64,000 nucleotides of DNA, taken from the NCBI GenBank assembly GCA_964549185.1, contig CAZJUI010000003.1:11255-75254 (forward strand), in the 5' to 3' direction. The translations under genes and the position numbers were made by a program. A model generated the notes under the pieces. That model made no database searches. It was not told where the DNA came from and was given only the letters and a program-made list of their open reading frames with translations. Shown piece after piece: positions 10,355 to 20,295 of this stretch (positions within the stretch are counted from its first letter, which is position 1; every line of letters begins with the position of its first letter). This DNA is from Candidatus Woesearchaeota archaeon. GTDB lineage: Archaea; Nanobdellota; Nanobdellia; SCGC-AAA011-G17; JAGVZF01.

Positions 10355-11104
10355 ATGAAAACAATTGATGAAGCATTAGCAAGCTTACCAGATAGTAATC
10401 TTACGCCTGAAGAGATTGCTAGATATAATGCTAAAAATAAAACAGAAGAAGAAATAAAACTTGGAAGAAATTATACAATCTTAGAGACTAAATTAGGAGA
10501 TGATGATATTAAATTATATGTAGCATTAAATAAAACAGATTTTAACTTAGATTGGAATCAAACATTACAAAAAGTTTTAACAGAAGGAGATGTAGAACTT
10601 ACACTAAATCAATTTAGAGATTATGTAATTGGATTTAAAGAATTTTTGGAAGGTAAGAAAAAAATTTATTATGCTGATGGAAGCGAAGTTGATAAAGTTG
10701 TTATAGAAAACGCATATGAAGAAATATTTAATAGAAGGAAGGAACAAAGATGGAGAGCTGAACATTTAGATGCTAAATTTGATGAAAAAGCTAATATGGA
10801 TGGAATAATTATAAGTTATGGGCATAGATTAGATAACGGAGTTCTTAAACCTTTATTTTCAGAAGAAATTCCAGCTAAAATCTCAAAATCTAACGGATGG
10901 TTTAATTTAGAAGATACAGATAGAAAAACAGGACTTGTAACCAATGTAAATAATACTAGCGAAGAAGCATATTTTTATGCACCAATTACCGGAAGAGTCT
11001 CGAGGTTCGGTGCTGATTCCGGTGGGGCTTACTTCAGCTGCAACGGGTTTCCTGGCGACTCGTATGATGGTCTTGGGGTACGTCGCGCAAAAATTTTAAA
11101 ATAA
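10355..11104 (+). CDS. Hypothetical protein whose Gly-rich C-terminus is encoded by an atypically GC-rich patch
   Basis: 249 aa. The last ~40 codons use GC-ending codons, unlike the rest of the window. Confidence 0.45.
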   Translation: MKTIDEALASLPDSNLTPEEIARYNAKNKTEEEIKLGRNYTILETKLGDDDIKLYVALNKTDFNLDWNQTLQKVLTEGDVELTLNQFRDYVIGFKEFLEGKKKIYYADGSEVDKVVIENAYEEIFNRRKEQRWRAEHLDAKFDEKANMDGIIISYGHRLDNGVLKPLFSEEIPAKISKSNGWFNLEDTDRKTGLVTNVNNTSEEAYFYAPITGRVSRFGADSGGAYFSCNGFPGDSYDGLGVRRAKILK

Positions 11105-11106
11105 TT

Positions 11107-11748
11107 TTATTCATCAACAATCATATTCTTCTTTTTTATTATATGTCTTCTAATAAAGTGTATTAAAACAATGATCCCAGCTATCAAAACAACTAAGCTT
11201 ATCTGATCACTATAAACATTAATCTTATCCCAATTCTTTCCTAGTAAATAACCAGCTAAAGTTAGTATAAAGCTCCAAATCCAGGCTCCAAAGAAGGTAT
11301 ATAACATAAATTTCTTAGCATGCATCTTAGCCATTCCAGCAGGTATTGAAATAACACTCCTAACAATAGGAACAAACCTTGAAATAAATATCATCTTCTC
11401 TCCTTTCCTTTTAAAATAATTCTCAGCATCATCTAAATCTTGCTGATCTAAAAAAAACCATTTACCAAAATGCTTAACAAATCTCCTCCCACCATGTAAG
11501 CCTACATAGTAAAAAATTAAACTTCCAATTAAACTTCCAATAGCTCCAGCAGTTACAACCATAAAAAAATTAAACTTCCCTTGATTTACTAAATATCCCG
11601 CAAACGGCATTATCAATTCAGAAGGAACAGGAGTTGGCATACTATCTATTATCATCAAAAAAATAATACCAGAATAACCAAAAATACCAATTACATTAAT
11701 TATCCATCCTGCTATATCACCAAACAGATTGCTTAAAAATGACATCAA
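11107..11748 (-). CDS. DedA / SNARE-associated (TVP38) family membrane protein
   Basis: 213 aa, multiple TM segments, FISRFVPIVRSVISIPAGMAKM motif. Confidence 0.7.
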   Translation of the reverse strand: MMSFLSNLFGDIAGWIINVIGIFGYSGIIFLMIIDSMPTPVPSELIMPFAGYLVNQGKFNFFMVVTAGAIGSLIGSLIFYYVGLHGGRRFVKHFGKWFFLDQQDLDDAENYFKRKGEKMIFISRFVPIVRSVISIPAGMAKMHAKKFMLYTFFGAWIWSFILTLAGYLLGKNWDKINVYSDQISLVVLIAGIIVLIHFIRRHIIKKKNMIVDE

Positions 11749-11828
11749 CTTAATTCAAACGATTAGTTTTTAAGTCTTTTTATATTGGTTACCATATATT
11801 TTTATAGTAATATAATATACTTGATATT

Positions 11829-12719
11829 ATGTTATGGATAATATTTGCTTTATTAGAACCAATTTTACACGGATTTGCTAATATCCTTGATAATAATTTC
11901 ATAAATAATCTATTTAAAAGAACAACCACACTTATTTTTTATGCGTCTCTTACAAATATTTTCTTTCTTCCAATAATCTTTCTATTGGATTTTCCATCCA
12001 TGATAACTATAAAACAAATACCATTTTTTATTATTTTAGGATTTACTAGTGTGGGTTATTTATATCCTTATTATAAATCTCTTAAAGAAGATGAAACTTC
12101 AATTGTGGTTTCCCTATTTTCATTAGGAAAGATTTTTGTTCCAATTTTAGCATTCTTTTTTGTTGGTGAAATGCTCACATTAAAACAGTATCTTGGGTTT
12201 TTTATTATAATCATTAGTGGAGCATTACTCGCTATTAATGGAAAAAATAAATTTAGAATAAATTCCTCCTTTTATTGGATGATATTATGTTCATTTATCT
12301 TAGCAGTTGAAGTAGTAGTATATAAATACATTTTTAATTTTATGAGTTGGGGCACAGGATTTACATGGGCCTCAATATTCTCATTTATTTTTATTATTCC
12401 ATTAATTTTTATTCCTAAAGTAAGAGAAGATATTAAATTACAAATAAAACAATTTAAATCAAGTTTTTTCCTTTTTATCTTAGAGGAATTTTTAACATTT
12501 GGCGGATCTGCTGGTTTAACATTTGCAATATCTATAGCATCAGTTACATTAGTAGAGGTATTTAGTTCATTTCAACCGATATTTGTTTTAATCTATGCAG
12601 TGTTATTATCTAAATTTTTTCCAAATATATTCAAGGAAAATATATCTAGAGAGAGCATTGTTAAAAAAACCATACTATTTATCATAATGATTGCAGGAAT
12701 ATTAATAATCTTTATCTAA
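11829..12719 (+). CDS. Integral membrane protein, possibly a DMT/EamA-like permease
   Basis: 296 aa, about 10 hydrophobic segments. Family assignment is tentative. Confidence 0.4.
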   Translation: MLWIIFALLEPILHGFANILDNNFINNLFKRTTTLIFYASLTNIFFLPIIFLLDFPSMITIKQIPFFIILGFTSVGYLYPYYKSLKEDETSIVVSLFSLGKIFVPILAFFFVGEMLTLKQYLGFFIIIISGALLAINGKNKFRINSSFYWMILCSFILAVEVVVYKYIFNFMSWGTGFTWASIFSFIFIIPLIFIPKVREDIKLQIKQFKSSFFLFILEEFLTFGGSAGLTFAISIASVTLVEVFSSFQPIFVLIYAVLLSKFFPNIFKENISRESIVKKTILFIIMIAGILIIFI

Positions 12720-12725
12720 GTGGCA

Positions 12726-15575
12726 TTAAACTTTCACTTTCTCAAAAACAGCTTTCCTCAACTCCTTCGGCCAATTTTTATTAATCTCACTCTTCCACTT
12801 CTTTAATCCTTCTATTGTATCATCACTTAATTCTTTATTATTCACAACTAACTCAACAATCTCTTCCTTAACTCTAAATGGAACATGTTTAAGATTGTAA
12901 GCCATTGTTTTTAATTCATCTACTTTCTCATCTCTTTCTTGTTCTTTCTTCTCTTCCGCTTTATTCCAAACATCTTTGTAATCAAATTCCTTTTCTTTAA
13001 CAAATTTATCTCCAATCTTATTCAACACTCTATTATGCATTCTTCTAAGAAATTCAATCTTATCTTCTATTTTCAAAACATCACTATAACCTTGAGAAGC
13101 TAAATTAAAAGCAAAAGGGCTTGGACTAGAAGTTTCAATTTCCTTAACTTTAATTTCATCATCTTCTATTTTCTTAATTATTATCTTAGCATTTTCAATA
13201 TCCATTAAATCTTCTAAAACTTCTCTTCTAGCTTCCTTCAATATACAAAAATTCTCATCTATTCTCTTTACCGCACTTAATAATATCATGCTAGAAACTT
13301 GCTGTCTTCCAACTCTTTTTGTTTTTCCTTTATACTGTCTTAGTATCATCAATGATCTTGTTGCACAATGTCTAAACCTTCTTTTTAATATCTCACTCTT
13401 CTCAATAGCTTTCTTAGCAACATCATAAATTTCCTTGCTTTTAATTAACTTAAAAGCTCTTAAAACTTGTATATCTTTAATAGAAGCAACATAAAATCCA
13501 TTATCGCTTATTCCAATCTCAACATCTCTATGCTGTATTCTTCCAATTGCAAATCCAACAACTCTAGATAAAACATCATTAACTCTCCTTCCATATATTG
13601 TATGAAAAATAAAATATTTCCTTCCTTCCTCATTATATCTTTCGACAATTAATTTCTTATCACTTGGAATTTCCTTCATAAATAAATATTGCTCTCTAAA
13701 ATATCCATAAATAGCTTCAGCTGAATTCTCATCAACATATAAATATTCATTAATAAATTTTAATATATCTTCCTTACTTCTCTTATTTCTAAATTTTTCT
13801 TCCATCAATCTTCTAAACTTCCCAATATCACTTGCTAAATCAAAGCTTAAAGGTAACATTTCACTAAACCAAGAAGGAACAGTAGGTTGTTTTCCTATAG
13901 CATTTCTTACTTGAGCTACCTGTCCACGAGCAAATAAAAATTCATAAGTATTTCCACCTAAAACAAATATATCTCCTCGTTTTAATCTTTCCAAAAATCC
14001 TTCATCTAAACTCCCAATTATTTGCTCATTAATTTTAACTTGAATAAAACTTTCATCTGGAATAGTTCCAATATTAGTCATATAAATAACTCTTCCCATC
14101 TTCCCTCTCTTTCCAATCATACCAGTTTCTTCATTGTAATATATTTTTCCATAGATATTTCTATCTTCCAAACTAATATAATTCCCAGCTAGATAATTAA
14201 TAACCTCTAAAAATTCTTTATAATCTAGATTTCTATAGCAATAACTTTTCTTAATAGTTTTATACACATCACTTATCTTCATCTGATCAGAAATTGCTAT
14301 CCCATTAACTTGCTGAGCTAAAACATCTAAAGCATTTTCAGGAATATGTATTCTATCTATCTTTCTTTCTAAAGAGTCCTTAAGCATCACAGCACATTCA
14401 ATTAAATCATCTCTATCCATAACAATTAATCTACCTTTTATTGTTTCATGTAAGGAGTGTCCACTACGACCGATTCTCTGTAAATTTCTAGCAACACTCT
14501 TAGGACTTCCAAGCATTATTACTAAATCAATATACCCAATATCAACCCCTAATTCTAAGCTGGTCGAACTAACACAAACCTTCAATTCTCCATTTCGCAT
14601 TCTTTTCTCTATACTTAATCTATGGCTCTTGCTTAAACTTCCATGATGTGCCCCTATATTTTCAGTATAACTTTTAGGAAATTTTTCCTTCAAATGATGA
14701 ATAACTCTCTCAGTCGCACTTCTTGTATTTGTAAATATCAATGTAGTTCTATGTTCTTGTATTAGATTATCAATCAAAGTATAAAGTTGATGATGTAATG
14801 TTCTTGCATTAACATTTATTAAATCAGGAACTGGACTTAAAACTTTAATATCCATTTTCTTGCTTAAATCAACATTAGCAATCTTACAATCTCTTCCAAT
14901 TCCAACTAAAAATCCCGCAATCTCTTCTAAAGGTTCAATTGTAGCTCCCAATCCTATTCTTACATATTCTTTATTTGTAAGTAAATTTAATCTTTCCAAG
15001 CTCAAAGATAGATGAACCCCTCTTTTATTATCACCCAGAGCATGAACTTCATCTACAATAACATATTTAACATCCCTTAATAATTCTCTAAATTTATAAG
15101 AAGTCAACATTATAGCCAATGATTCAGGAGTTGTTATTATAATATGCGGCACACTTTTCAACATCTTTTGCTTTTCAGTAGCTGTTGTATCTCCAGTCCT
15201 TACACTAACTTTAATATTAAATTTTTTCTTAGCTTGCTCTTCCATTTCTTTTAAAGGAGTTATTAAGTTAAATTCCACATCATTATTGAGCGATTTTAAA
15301 GGACTTATATAAATACAATAAACCTTATTTTCTAATAGATTATTATCACTCAATGTTATTAACTCATTTAAAACAGTTAAGAATCCAGTTAACGTTTTGC
15401 CAGATCCAGTCACCGCACTTACCAATATATTTTCTCCATTATGTATCGGCCCTATAGCATACTTTTGCGGCTCGCTAAAATCCTTAAATTTGCTAAAAAA
15501 CCACTCTTTTACTATAGGATTAAGTAACTTGACTATCTGTTCACTCTTCCAAGGTTCCTTCATAAAACTTATCAT
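12726..15575 (-). CDS. Lhr-like large DEAD/DEAH-box helicase
   Basis: 949 aa. Walker A VTGSGKT, DEVH box VIVDEVHAL, helicase C motifs, long C-terminal extension typical of Lhr-core/YprA-type helicases. Confidence 0.75.
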   Translation of the reverse strand: MISFMKEPWKSEQIVKLLNPIVKEWFFSKFKDFSEPQKYAIGPIHNGENILVSAVTGSGKTLTGFLTVLNELITLSDNNLLENKVYCIYISPLKSLNNDVEFNLITPLKEMEEQAKKKFNIKVSVRTGDTTATEKQKMLKSVPHIIITTPESLAIMLTSYKFRELLRDVKYVIVDEVHALGDNKRGVHLSLSLERLNLLTNKEYVRIGLGATIEPLEEIAGFLVGIGRDCKIANVDLSKKMDIKVLSPVPDLINVNARTLHHQLYTLIDNLIQEHRTTLIFTNTRSATERVIHHLKEKFPKSYTENIGAHHGSLSKSHRLSIEKRMRNGELKVCVSSTSLELGVDIGYIDLVIMLGSPKSVARNLQRIGRSGHSLHETIKGRLIVMDRDDLIECAVMLKDSLERKIDRIHIPENALDVLAQQVNGIAISDQMKISDVYKTIKKSYCYRNLDYKEFLEVINYLAGNYISLEDRNIYGKIYYNEETGMIGKRGKMGRVIYMTNIGTIPDESFIQVKINEQIIGSLDEGFLERLKRGDIFVLGGNTYEFLFARGQVAQVRNAIGKQPTVPSWFSEMLPLSFDLASDIGKFRRLMEEKFRNKRSKEDILKFINEYLYVDENSAEAIYGYFREQYLFMKEIPSDKKLIVERYNEEGRKYFIFHTIYGRRVNDVLSRVVGFAIGRIQHRDVEIGISDNGFYVASIKDIQVLRAFKLIKSKEIYDVAKKAIEKSEILKRRFRHCATRSLMILRQYKGKTKRVGRQQVSSMILLSAVKRIDENFCILKEARREVLEDLMDIENAKIIIKKIEDDEIKVKEIETSSPSPFAFNLASQGYSDVLKIEDKIEFLRRMHNRVLNKIGDKFVKEKEFDYKDVWNKAEEKKEQERDEKVDELKTMAYNLKHVPFRVKEEIVELVVNNKELSDDTIEGLKKWKSEINKNWPKELRKAVFEKVKV

Positions 15576-15690
15576 AAGAATTCAAGATTATTCCTTAATA
15601 TCTATTTATAAGCTTTATGCACACATTTTCATGAGATGAGAAGTGTTCATAAACAATTAAATAAATAAACATATCTAACTTACTAATCTC

Positions 15691-16422
15691 ATGATACAAA
15701 ACTCATTCATCTTTCTACCAAAGATTAGCATTAAAAAAGAGCAATCTATCTGGAAACAAGGAGTTACAAATTGGAATAAATTTCTTTCTACAAATAAAAT
15801 AAAAGGAATTTCAGATAAAAATAAATTAATTTACAATGAACTAATAAAACAAGCAAAACAATCCTTACTTGAAGAAGATTTATCATTCTTTATTAAACAT
15901 CTAAAGCAAAAACATATGTTTAGATTATATTCTTATTTTAAAGATTCTTTATTATTCCTAGATATTGAACCATTTTCAAAGAGAGATATCTTACTAGTCG
16001 GTTTATTTGATGGTTATGAAACAAAAACTTTAATAAAAAATATTAACATAGATAAAAATAATCTAGAAAAAGAAATTAATAAATATAAACTATTAATTAC
16101 ATTTAACGGCTTAACTTATGATATTCCAATGTTAAAGAAAGTGCTAAAATTAGAAATTAAAATCCCACATATTGACTTAAAACAATTATGTATCAATCTT
16201 AATTACAAAGGCGGTTTAAAAGAAATAGAAAATATTCTTAATCTTAAACGTCCAATTCATCTTAAAGGGTCTCCATTTGACGCCTACAAGGCATTTCTCG
16301 CATCTCAAGATCAAGAATACTTAGATTTAATCATACAATATAATCAAGAAGATATTATTAATCTTAAGCCAATAGCAGAATTTGTAATAAAAGAAACATG
16401 GAATAAAATTTATCACTATTAA
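15691..16422 (+). CDS. RNase H-like 3'-5' exonuclease, YprB-like
   Basis: 243 aa. LFLDIEPF (Exo I-like), ITFNGLTYDIPML, HIDL, YNQEDI motifs. Diverges from the Lhr-like helicase, as in the bacterial yprA-yprB pair. Confidence 0.55.
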   Translation: MIQNSFIFLPKISIKKEQSIWKQGVTNWNKFLSTNKIKGISDKNKLIYNELIKQAKQSLLEEDLSFFIKHLKQKHMFRLYSYFKDSLLFLDIEPFSKRDILLVGLFDGYETKTLIKNINIDKNNLEKEINKYKLLITFNGLTYDIPMLKKVLKLEIKIPHIDLKQLCINLNYKGGLKEIENILNLKRPIHLKGSPFDAYKAFLASQDQEYLDLIIQYNQEDIINLKPIAEFVIKETWNKIYHY

Positions 16423-16470
16423 AAGGTTACAAATGGAAAGATTTAAAAAGCATAATAATAATAAAAAATT

Positions 16471-17508
16471 ATGAAACCAAGAAAGATATTAAGATACGAA
16501 ATAACAAGAGAAGAACCATTTCCAAGGGATATAGGAAGAAGGATAAATAATCTAGTGAGTGTAGCAAGATCAGAACCACATCAAATAACTTTTCTTTCAA
16601 CTTCTGACACCCCAAAAACAGGAACTGATCTAAGAAGAAATGTTTTGGATGTTACAGATGGCATTCTTGATTTCCATGATGCAAACTTTAATCATTATTG
16701 TAATGATGTTTTTGTAAATAATGGGGTTGTCAGAGAAGAACATGCTCATTTTGATAGGGGGAATCCTGTATTGATGTGGAGGAGAAATCATGCAGGATAC
16801 GTGTTTGCAAAACCAGTTTGTTCATTTCTTTTAAAAAAAGCAACAGAGTTTGGAATATCTATATCAGATTTTTTAAATACACCCAATGGTTATTTCATAT
16901 TAGAATATGTCCTACAAAAATCACAGCGAGATAAAAATATCGCACTTAGAGAAATAGATATAGCAGATGCTTTAAGATTGCATAAATCAACAGTACTCGA
17001 ACATCTAATAAGGTTGAGAGATTTAGGTATTGTAAGTTATGAATCTGTAGGTCCTGAAATTAGATGGTCAAAATATAGAATAGCTGAAGATAGAAAAATA
17101 AGAGAAGTAACCCCTATTAATGAAGAGGTTACCTTAACAAGAAAGGTAGTAGAATATATTGAAGGACATACAAGAATAGAACATAATAGATTATTTGAAG
17201 AATTGCTTCAAGATCCAAGATATGTATCCGTAGGATCAGAAAATTTAAGAAATCGCATCTCTAAAATTCTTGGGAGATTAGAGGATTTAGGGTTTATTGT
17301 TTATGAAAGATATAAAGGAAGAGAAAGATTATCCGAAGTTTCATTAACCTATGAAGGAAGAATAATGATTAAAGACCTGTCACAGATTAGAAGATTCTTA
17401 GAAGGAAAGATAGATATATCTGTTAAAGATTGGGCAAGATATGCAAAAGAAGCTGCAGAAATATATCAAATGAGTGGACATTCTAAGGTAACGCCGCAAC
17501 ATAATTAA
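16471..17508 (+). CDS. Hypothetical protein with two winged-helix domains
   Basis: 345 aa. wHTH-like segments STVLEHLIRLRDLGIVSYE and RISKILGRLEDLGFIVYE. GC content is visibly higher than the neighbours. Confidence 0.45.
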   Translation: MKPRKILRYEITREEPFPRDIGRRINNLVSVARSEPHQITFLSTSDTPKTGTDLRRNVLDVTDGILDFHDANFNHYCNDVFVNNGVVREEHAHFDRGNPVLMWRRNHAGYVFAKPVCSFLLKKATEFGISISDFLNTPNGYFILEYVLQKSQRDKNIALREIDIADALRLHKSTVLEHLIRLRDLGIVSYESVGPEIRWSKYRIAEDRKIREVTPINEEVTLTRKVVEYIEGHTRIEHNRLFEELLQDPRYVSVGSENLRNRISKILGRLEDLGFIVYERYKGRERLSEVSLTYEGRIMIKDLSQIRRFLEGKIDISVKDWARYAKEAAEIYQMSGHSKVTPQHN

Positions 17509-17566
17509 AAATATTAAATCACCAAGAACATAAACCTTTAAAAATCCTTCTCCCTTTATTATTATA

Positions 17567-18202
17567 ATGTCAATTGAAATACTACAACAAGATTATTTAC
17601 TTAAAAAACAAAGAATTCAATCAAGATTAAAAGAATTCGAACAAATTATTCCTCAAGGAAATGAAAAAATATTTGAAGAGCTTTGTTTTTGCATTTTAAC
17701 AGCAAATACTTCAGCAAAAGCTGGAATTAAAAGCATAGAATATCTTAAACCAATCCTACTTACAGGAAATCAACAACAATTAACAACAGCTTTAATTTCC
17801 TCTGGTTATCGTTTTCCTAATAAAAGAGCAGAATATATTATAACAGCAAGAAATTTTCTACAAAAAGAATTAAATTTTAAAATTAAAGAAAAAATATTAT
17901 CATTTAAAGATAAAGAGCAATTAAGATTATATTTAATTAAAAACATCAAAGGTTTAGGTCCCAAAGAAGTTGGCCATTTCTTAAGAAATATTGGATTTAA
18001 AGGTTATTCAATCTTAGATAAGCATATTATCAACACATTATATGAATATCAAATATTATCTCAACCTACAAAACCTAAAAACTATAAACATTATCTTGAA
18101 ATAGAACAAAAATATAAAGAATTTGCGCAGCAACTAAACATTAATGAAGATGAACTTGATTTATTATTATGGTCTAGAAAAAATGGAGAAATATTAAAAT
18201 AG
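17567..18202 (+). CDS. ogg: HhH-GPD DNA glycosylase, Ogg2-type 8-oxoguanine glycosylase/lyase likely
   Basis: 211 aa. Helix-hairpin-helix followed by GLGPKEVGHFLRNIGF...D, typical of archaeal Ogg2. Confidence 0.55.
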   Translation: MSIEILQQDYLLKKQRIQSRLKEFEQIIPQGNEKIFEELCFCILTANTSAKAGIKSIEYLKPILLTGNQQQLTTALISSGYRFPNKRAEYIITARNFLQKELNFKIKEKILSFKDKEQLRLYLIKNIKGLGPKEVGHFLRNIGFKGYSILDKHIINTLYEYQILSQPTKPKNYKHYLEIEQKYKEFAQQLNINEDELDLLLWSRKNGEILK

Positions 18203-18248
18203 GAAGCCTTAAATATGTGTTATCACATAAATATTTGTGGAGGTAAAC

Positions 18249-18488
18249 ATGGCAAACATAACGCTTTCAGTTCCAGAAGAAATAAGAAAAGAAATGAAAC
18301 ACTTTTCTGAAGTTAGGTGGAGCGAAATAGCGCGAAAAGCAATTATTGCAAGATTGGAAAACCTTAAGTTAGCTGAGTCTTTAGCACAAAAAAGCAGATT
18401 AACAAAAAAAGATATAGAAACATTTAGTAAAAAAATAAAGTCAGAAGCAACCAAGAGGTTTTTGAATGAAAATAATCATCGATTCTAA
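18249..18488 (+). CDS. vapB: VapB-like antitoxin (RHH/AbrB-type)
   Basis: MANITLSVPEEIRKEM N-terminus. GGAGGT RBS 5 nt upstream of the ATG at 18249 (alternative start 18237). Overlaps the PIN gene. Confidence 0.55.
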   Translation: MANITLSVPEEIRKEMKHFSEVRWSEIARKAIIARLENLKLAESLAQKSRLTKKDIETFSKKIKSEATKRFLNENNHRF

Positions 18489-18879
18489 CATTTTATTTTC
18501 AGCTTTAATTAAAGATTCTACAACTAGAAGATTGATAATAGAATATAATGGATATTTTTTATTTCCAAACTATGTATTTAAGGAATTAAATAAATATAAA
18601 CAAGAATTATTATTAAAGTCTAAAATGCAAGAAGAAGAATTTAATAAATTGCTTCAAATTATTCTTGAAAAAGTGATTGTTATCTCAAATGAAGATATAA
18701 GACATTATAGAAAAGAAGCATGGGAACTAATAAAAGACATTGCGCCCGAAGATGTCATATTTATAGCGGTTGGATTAGCTTATCAAAATAGCATTTTATG
18801 GTCAAATGATAAAAATTTGAAATCACAAAATAGAGTAAAGGTATTAAATACAAAAGAGATAATTAAGATATTAAAATAG
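18466..18879 (+). CDS. vapC: PIN-domain toxin (VapC)
   Basis: 137 aa starting MKIIIDSNIL with a conserved Asp; downstream acidic residues match a PIN fold. Confidence 0.6.
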   Translation: MKIIIDSNILFSALIKDSTTRRLIIEYNGYFLFPNYVFKELNKYKQELLLKSKMQEEEFNKLLQIILEKVIVISNEDIRHYRKEAWELIKDIAPEDVIFIAVGLAYQNSILWSNDKNLKSQNRVKVLNTKEIIKILK

Positions 18880-18883
18880 AAAG

Positions 18884-19210
18884 CTAAGAAGCAATTTTAT
18901 GAGTGGTTAGAATAGAATTTACCTTTCTTTTTAATTCTCTTATTAATTGAGGCTGATTATAAAGATAAACATCTTCTATATCTAAGGAAATTATTTGTTT
19001 TTTTAAGTATATATCAGGAAATCTTTTAGCTAATTCATTTATTTGTATATCCTCCATTACAAAAATAATATCTGCCCATAAAAGTTCTTTCTTACTTACA
19101 GGTTTTTCATTATACAATCCAGCTGATTTAGTTTCAAATTCCTTTTTAAAAAGATGTTCAGCCGTCTTGCTTCTATTTAAATTTTGATTGCATATAAATA
19201 ACACTTTCAT
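18884..19210 (-). CDS. Low-molecular-weight protein tyrosine phosphatase / ArsC-like
   Basis: CX5R P-loop VLFICNQNLNRS and ADIIFVMED motif. Start probably at the internal Met (MKVLFIC), not at 19255. Confidence 0.55.
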   Translation of the reverse strand: MKVLFICNQNLNRSKTAEHLFKKEFETKSAGLYNEKPVSKKELLWADIIFVMEDIQINELAKRFPDIYLKKQIISLDIEDVYLYNQPQLIRELKRKVNSILTTHKIAS

Positions 19211-19262
19211 AAAAATAATAAAATAATCAACATTATAAACCTTATGAATTACCATTCTTATT

Positions 19263-19916
19263 ATGAATTATAATTTCAAAGAAATATTTTCAATATTGGA
19301 AAAAGAATCTGAAAAATTCACAATTCCTTCAGTTACAGAAATATCAAACGTTAATAAATCTCCTTATCAAACTTTAATATCTTGTTTAATTTCATTAAGA
19401 ACAAAAGATGCAGTCACTCTCCAAGCTTCCAAACGTTTATTTTCAAAAGCTCCCACTCCAAATAAAATGATAAAACTAAAAGAATCTGAAATAGCTTCTT
19501 TAGTTCATCCAGCTAATTATTATCTAACTAAAGCTAAAAGGATAAGAGAAATTTCCAAAGTTTTAATTAAAAACTATAAAGGAAAAGTTCCATTAGAAAT
19601 GGAAGAGTTACTAAAATTCAAAGGTGTAGGAAGAAAAACAGCAAATATTGTTTTAGTTTATGGTCATAATAAGGAAGGTTTACCAATTGATTCACATTGT
19701 AATCAAATAACAAATCGTTTAGGTTGGATAAAAACTAAAAATGCAAATGAAACAGAACAAGCTTTAAGAAAAATATTACCAAAAGAATATTGGAATAAGT
19801 TTAATGATCTATTTGTTCAGTTTGGTCAAAATATATGTGTTCCAATCTCTCCTTATTGTTCAAGATGTCCAATAAATAAATATTGTCAAAAAATTAATGT
19901 TAAAACTTCTAGATAG
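19263..19916 (+). CDS. nth: Endonuclease III (HhH-GPD with 4Fe-4S cluster)
   Basis: 217 aa. LLKFKGVGRKTANIVL HhH-GPD and C-terminal CVPISPYCSRCPINKYC cluster. Confidence 0.8.
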   Translation: MNYNFKEIFSILEKESEKFTIPSVTEISNVNKSPYQTLISCLISLRTKDAVTLQASKRLFSKAPTPNKMIKLKESEIASLVHPANYYLTKAKRIREISKVLIKNYKGKVPLEMEELLKFKGVGRKTANIVLVYGHNKEGLPIDSHCNQITNRLGWIKTKNANETEQALRKILPKEYWNKFNDLFVQFGQNICVPISPYCSRCPINKYCQKINVKTSR

Positions 19917-19952
19917 CATTACATTTAAATAGTTTTATACATTATCAGTATT

Positions 19953-20279
19953 ATGTCAAAAAATAAATCATTATTATTAAGATTAACAAGAGAACTACCA
20001 TTCTTCAAAATAATAGACTTTTTACTAGAAAATAAAGGAATGGATTTCAGTAAATTAGATATATCAAAACAAGCAGGTATTTCAAGAACTTCATTATTTA
20101 ATTATTGGAGTGAAATAGAAAAACACGGAATAGTAAAGGTTACAAGAAGTTTTGGAAAAACAAAATTATATACATTAAATACCAATAATCCAGTTACTAA
20201 AAGGATAATAGAACTAGAAAAAACACTTATTGATGAAGCAATGACTAAAGCAAAAAAAGAAATAATTATAGAAAATTAA
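19953..20279 (+). CDS. Winged-helix transcriptional regulator
   Basis: 108 aa, ISKQAGISRTSLFNYWSEIEKHGIV HTH. Confidence 0.45.
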   Translation: MSKNKSLLLRLTRELPFFKIIDFLLENKGMDFSKLDISKQAGISRTSLFNYWSEIEKHGIVKVTRSFGKTKLYTLNTNNPVTKRIIELEKTLIDEAMTKAKKEIIIEN

Positions 20280-20295
20280 TATCTAAATATTTTCT

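Noticed and set aside
10975-11100. GC-rich patch as a tRNA or other known RNA gene
   Set aside because: No cloverleaf or recognisable conserved RNA motifs on either strand; retained only as a compositional anomaly.
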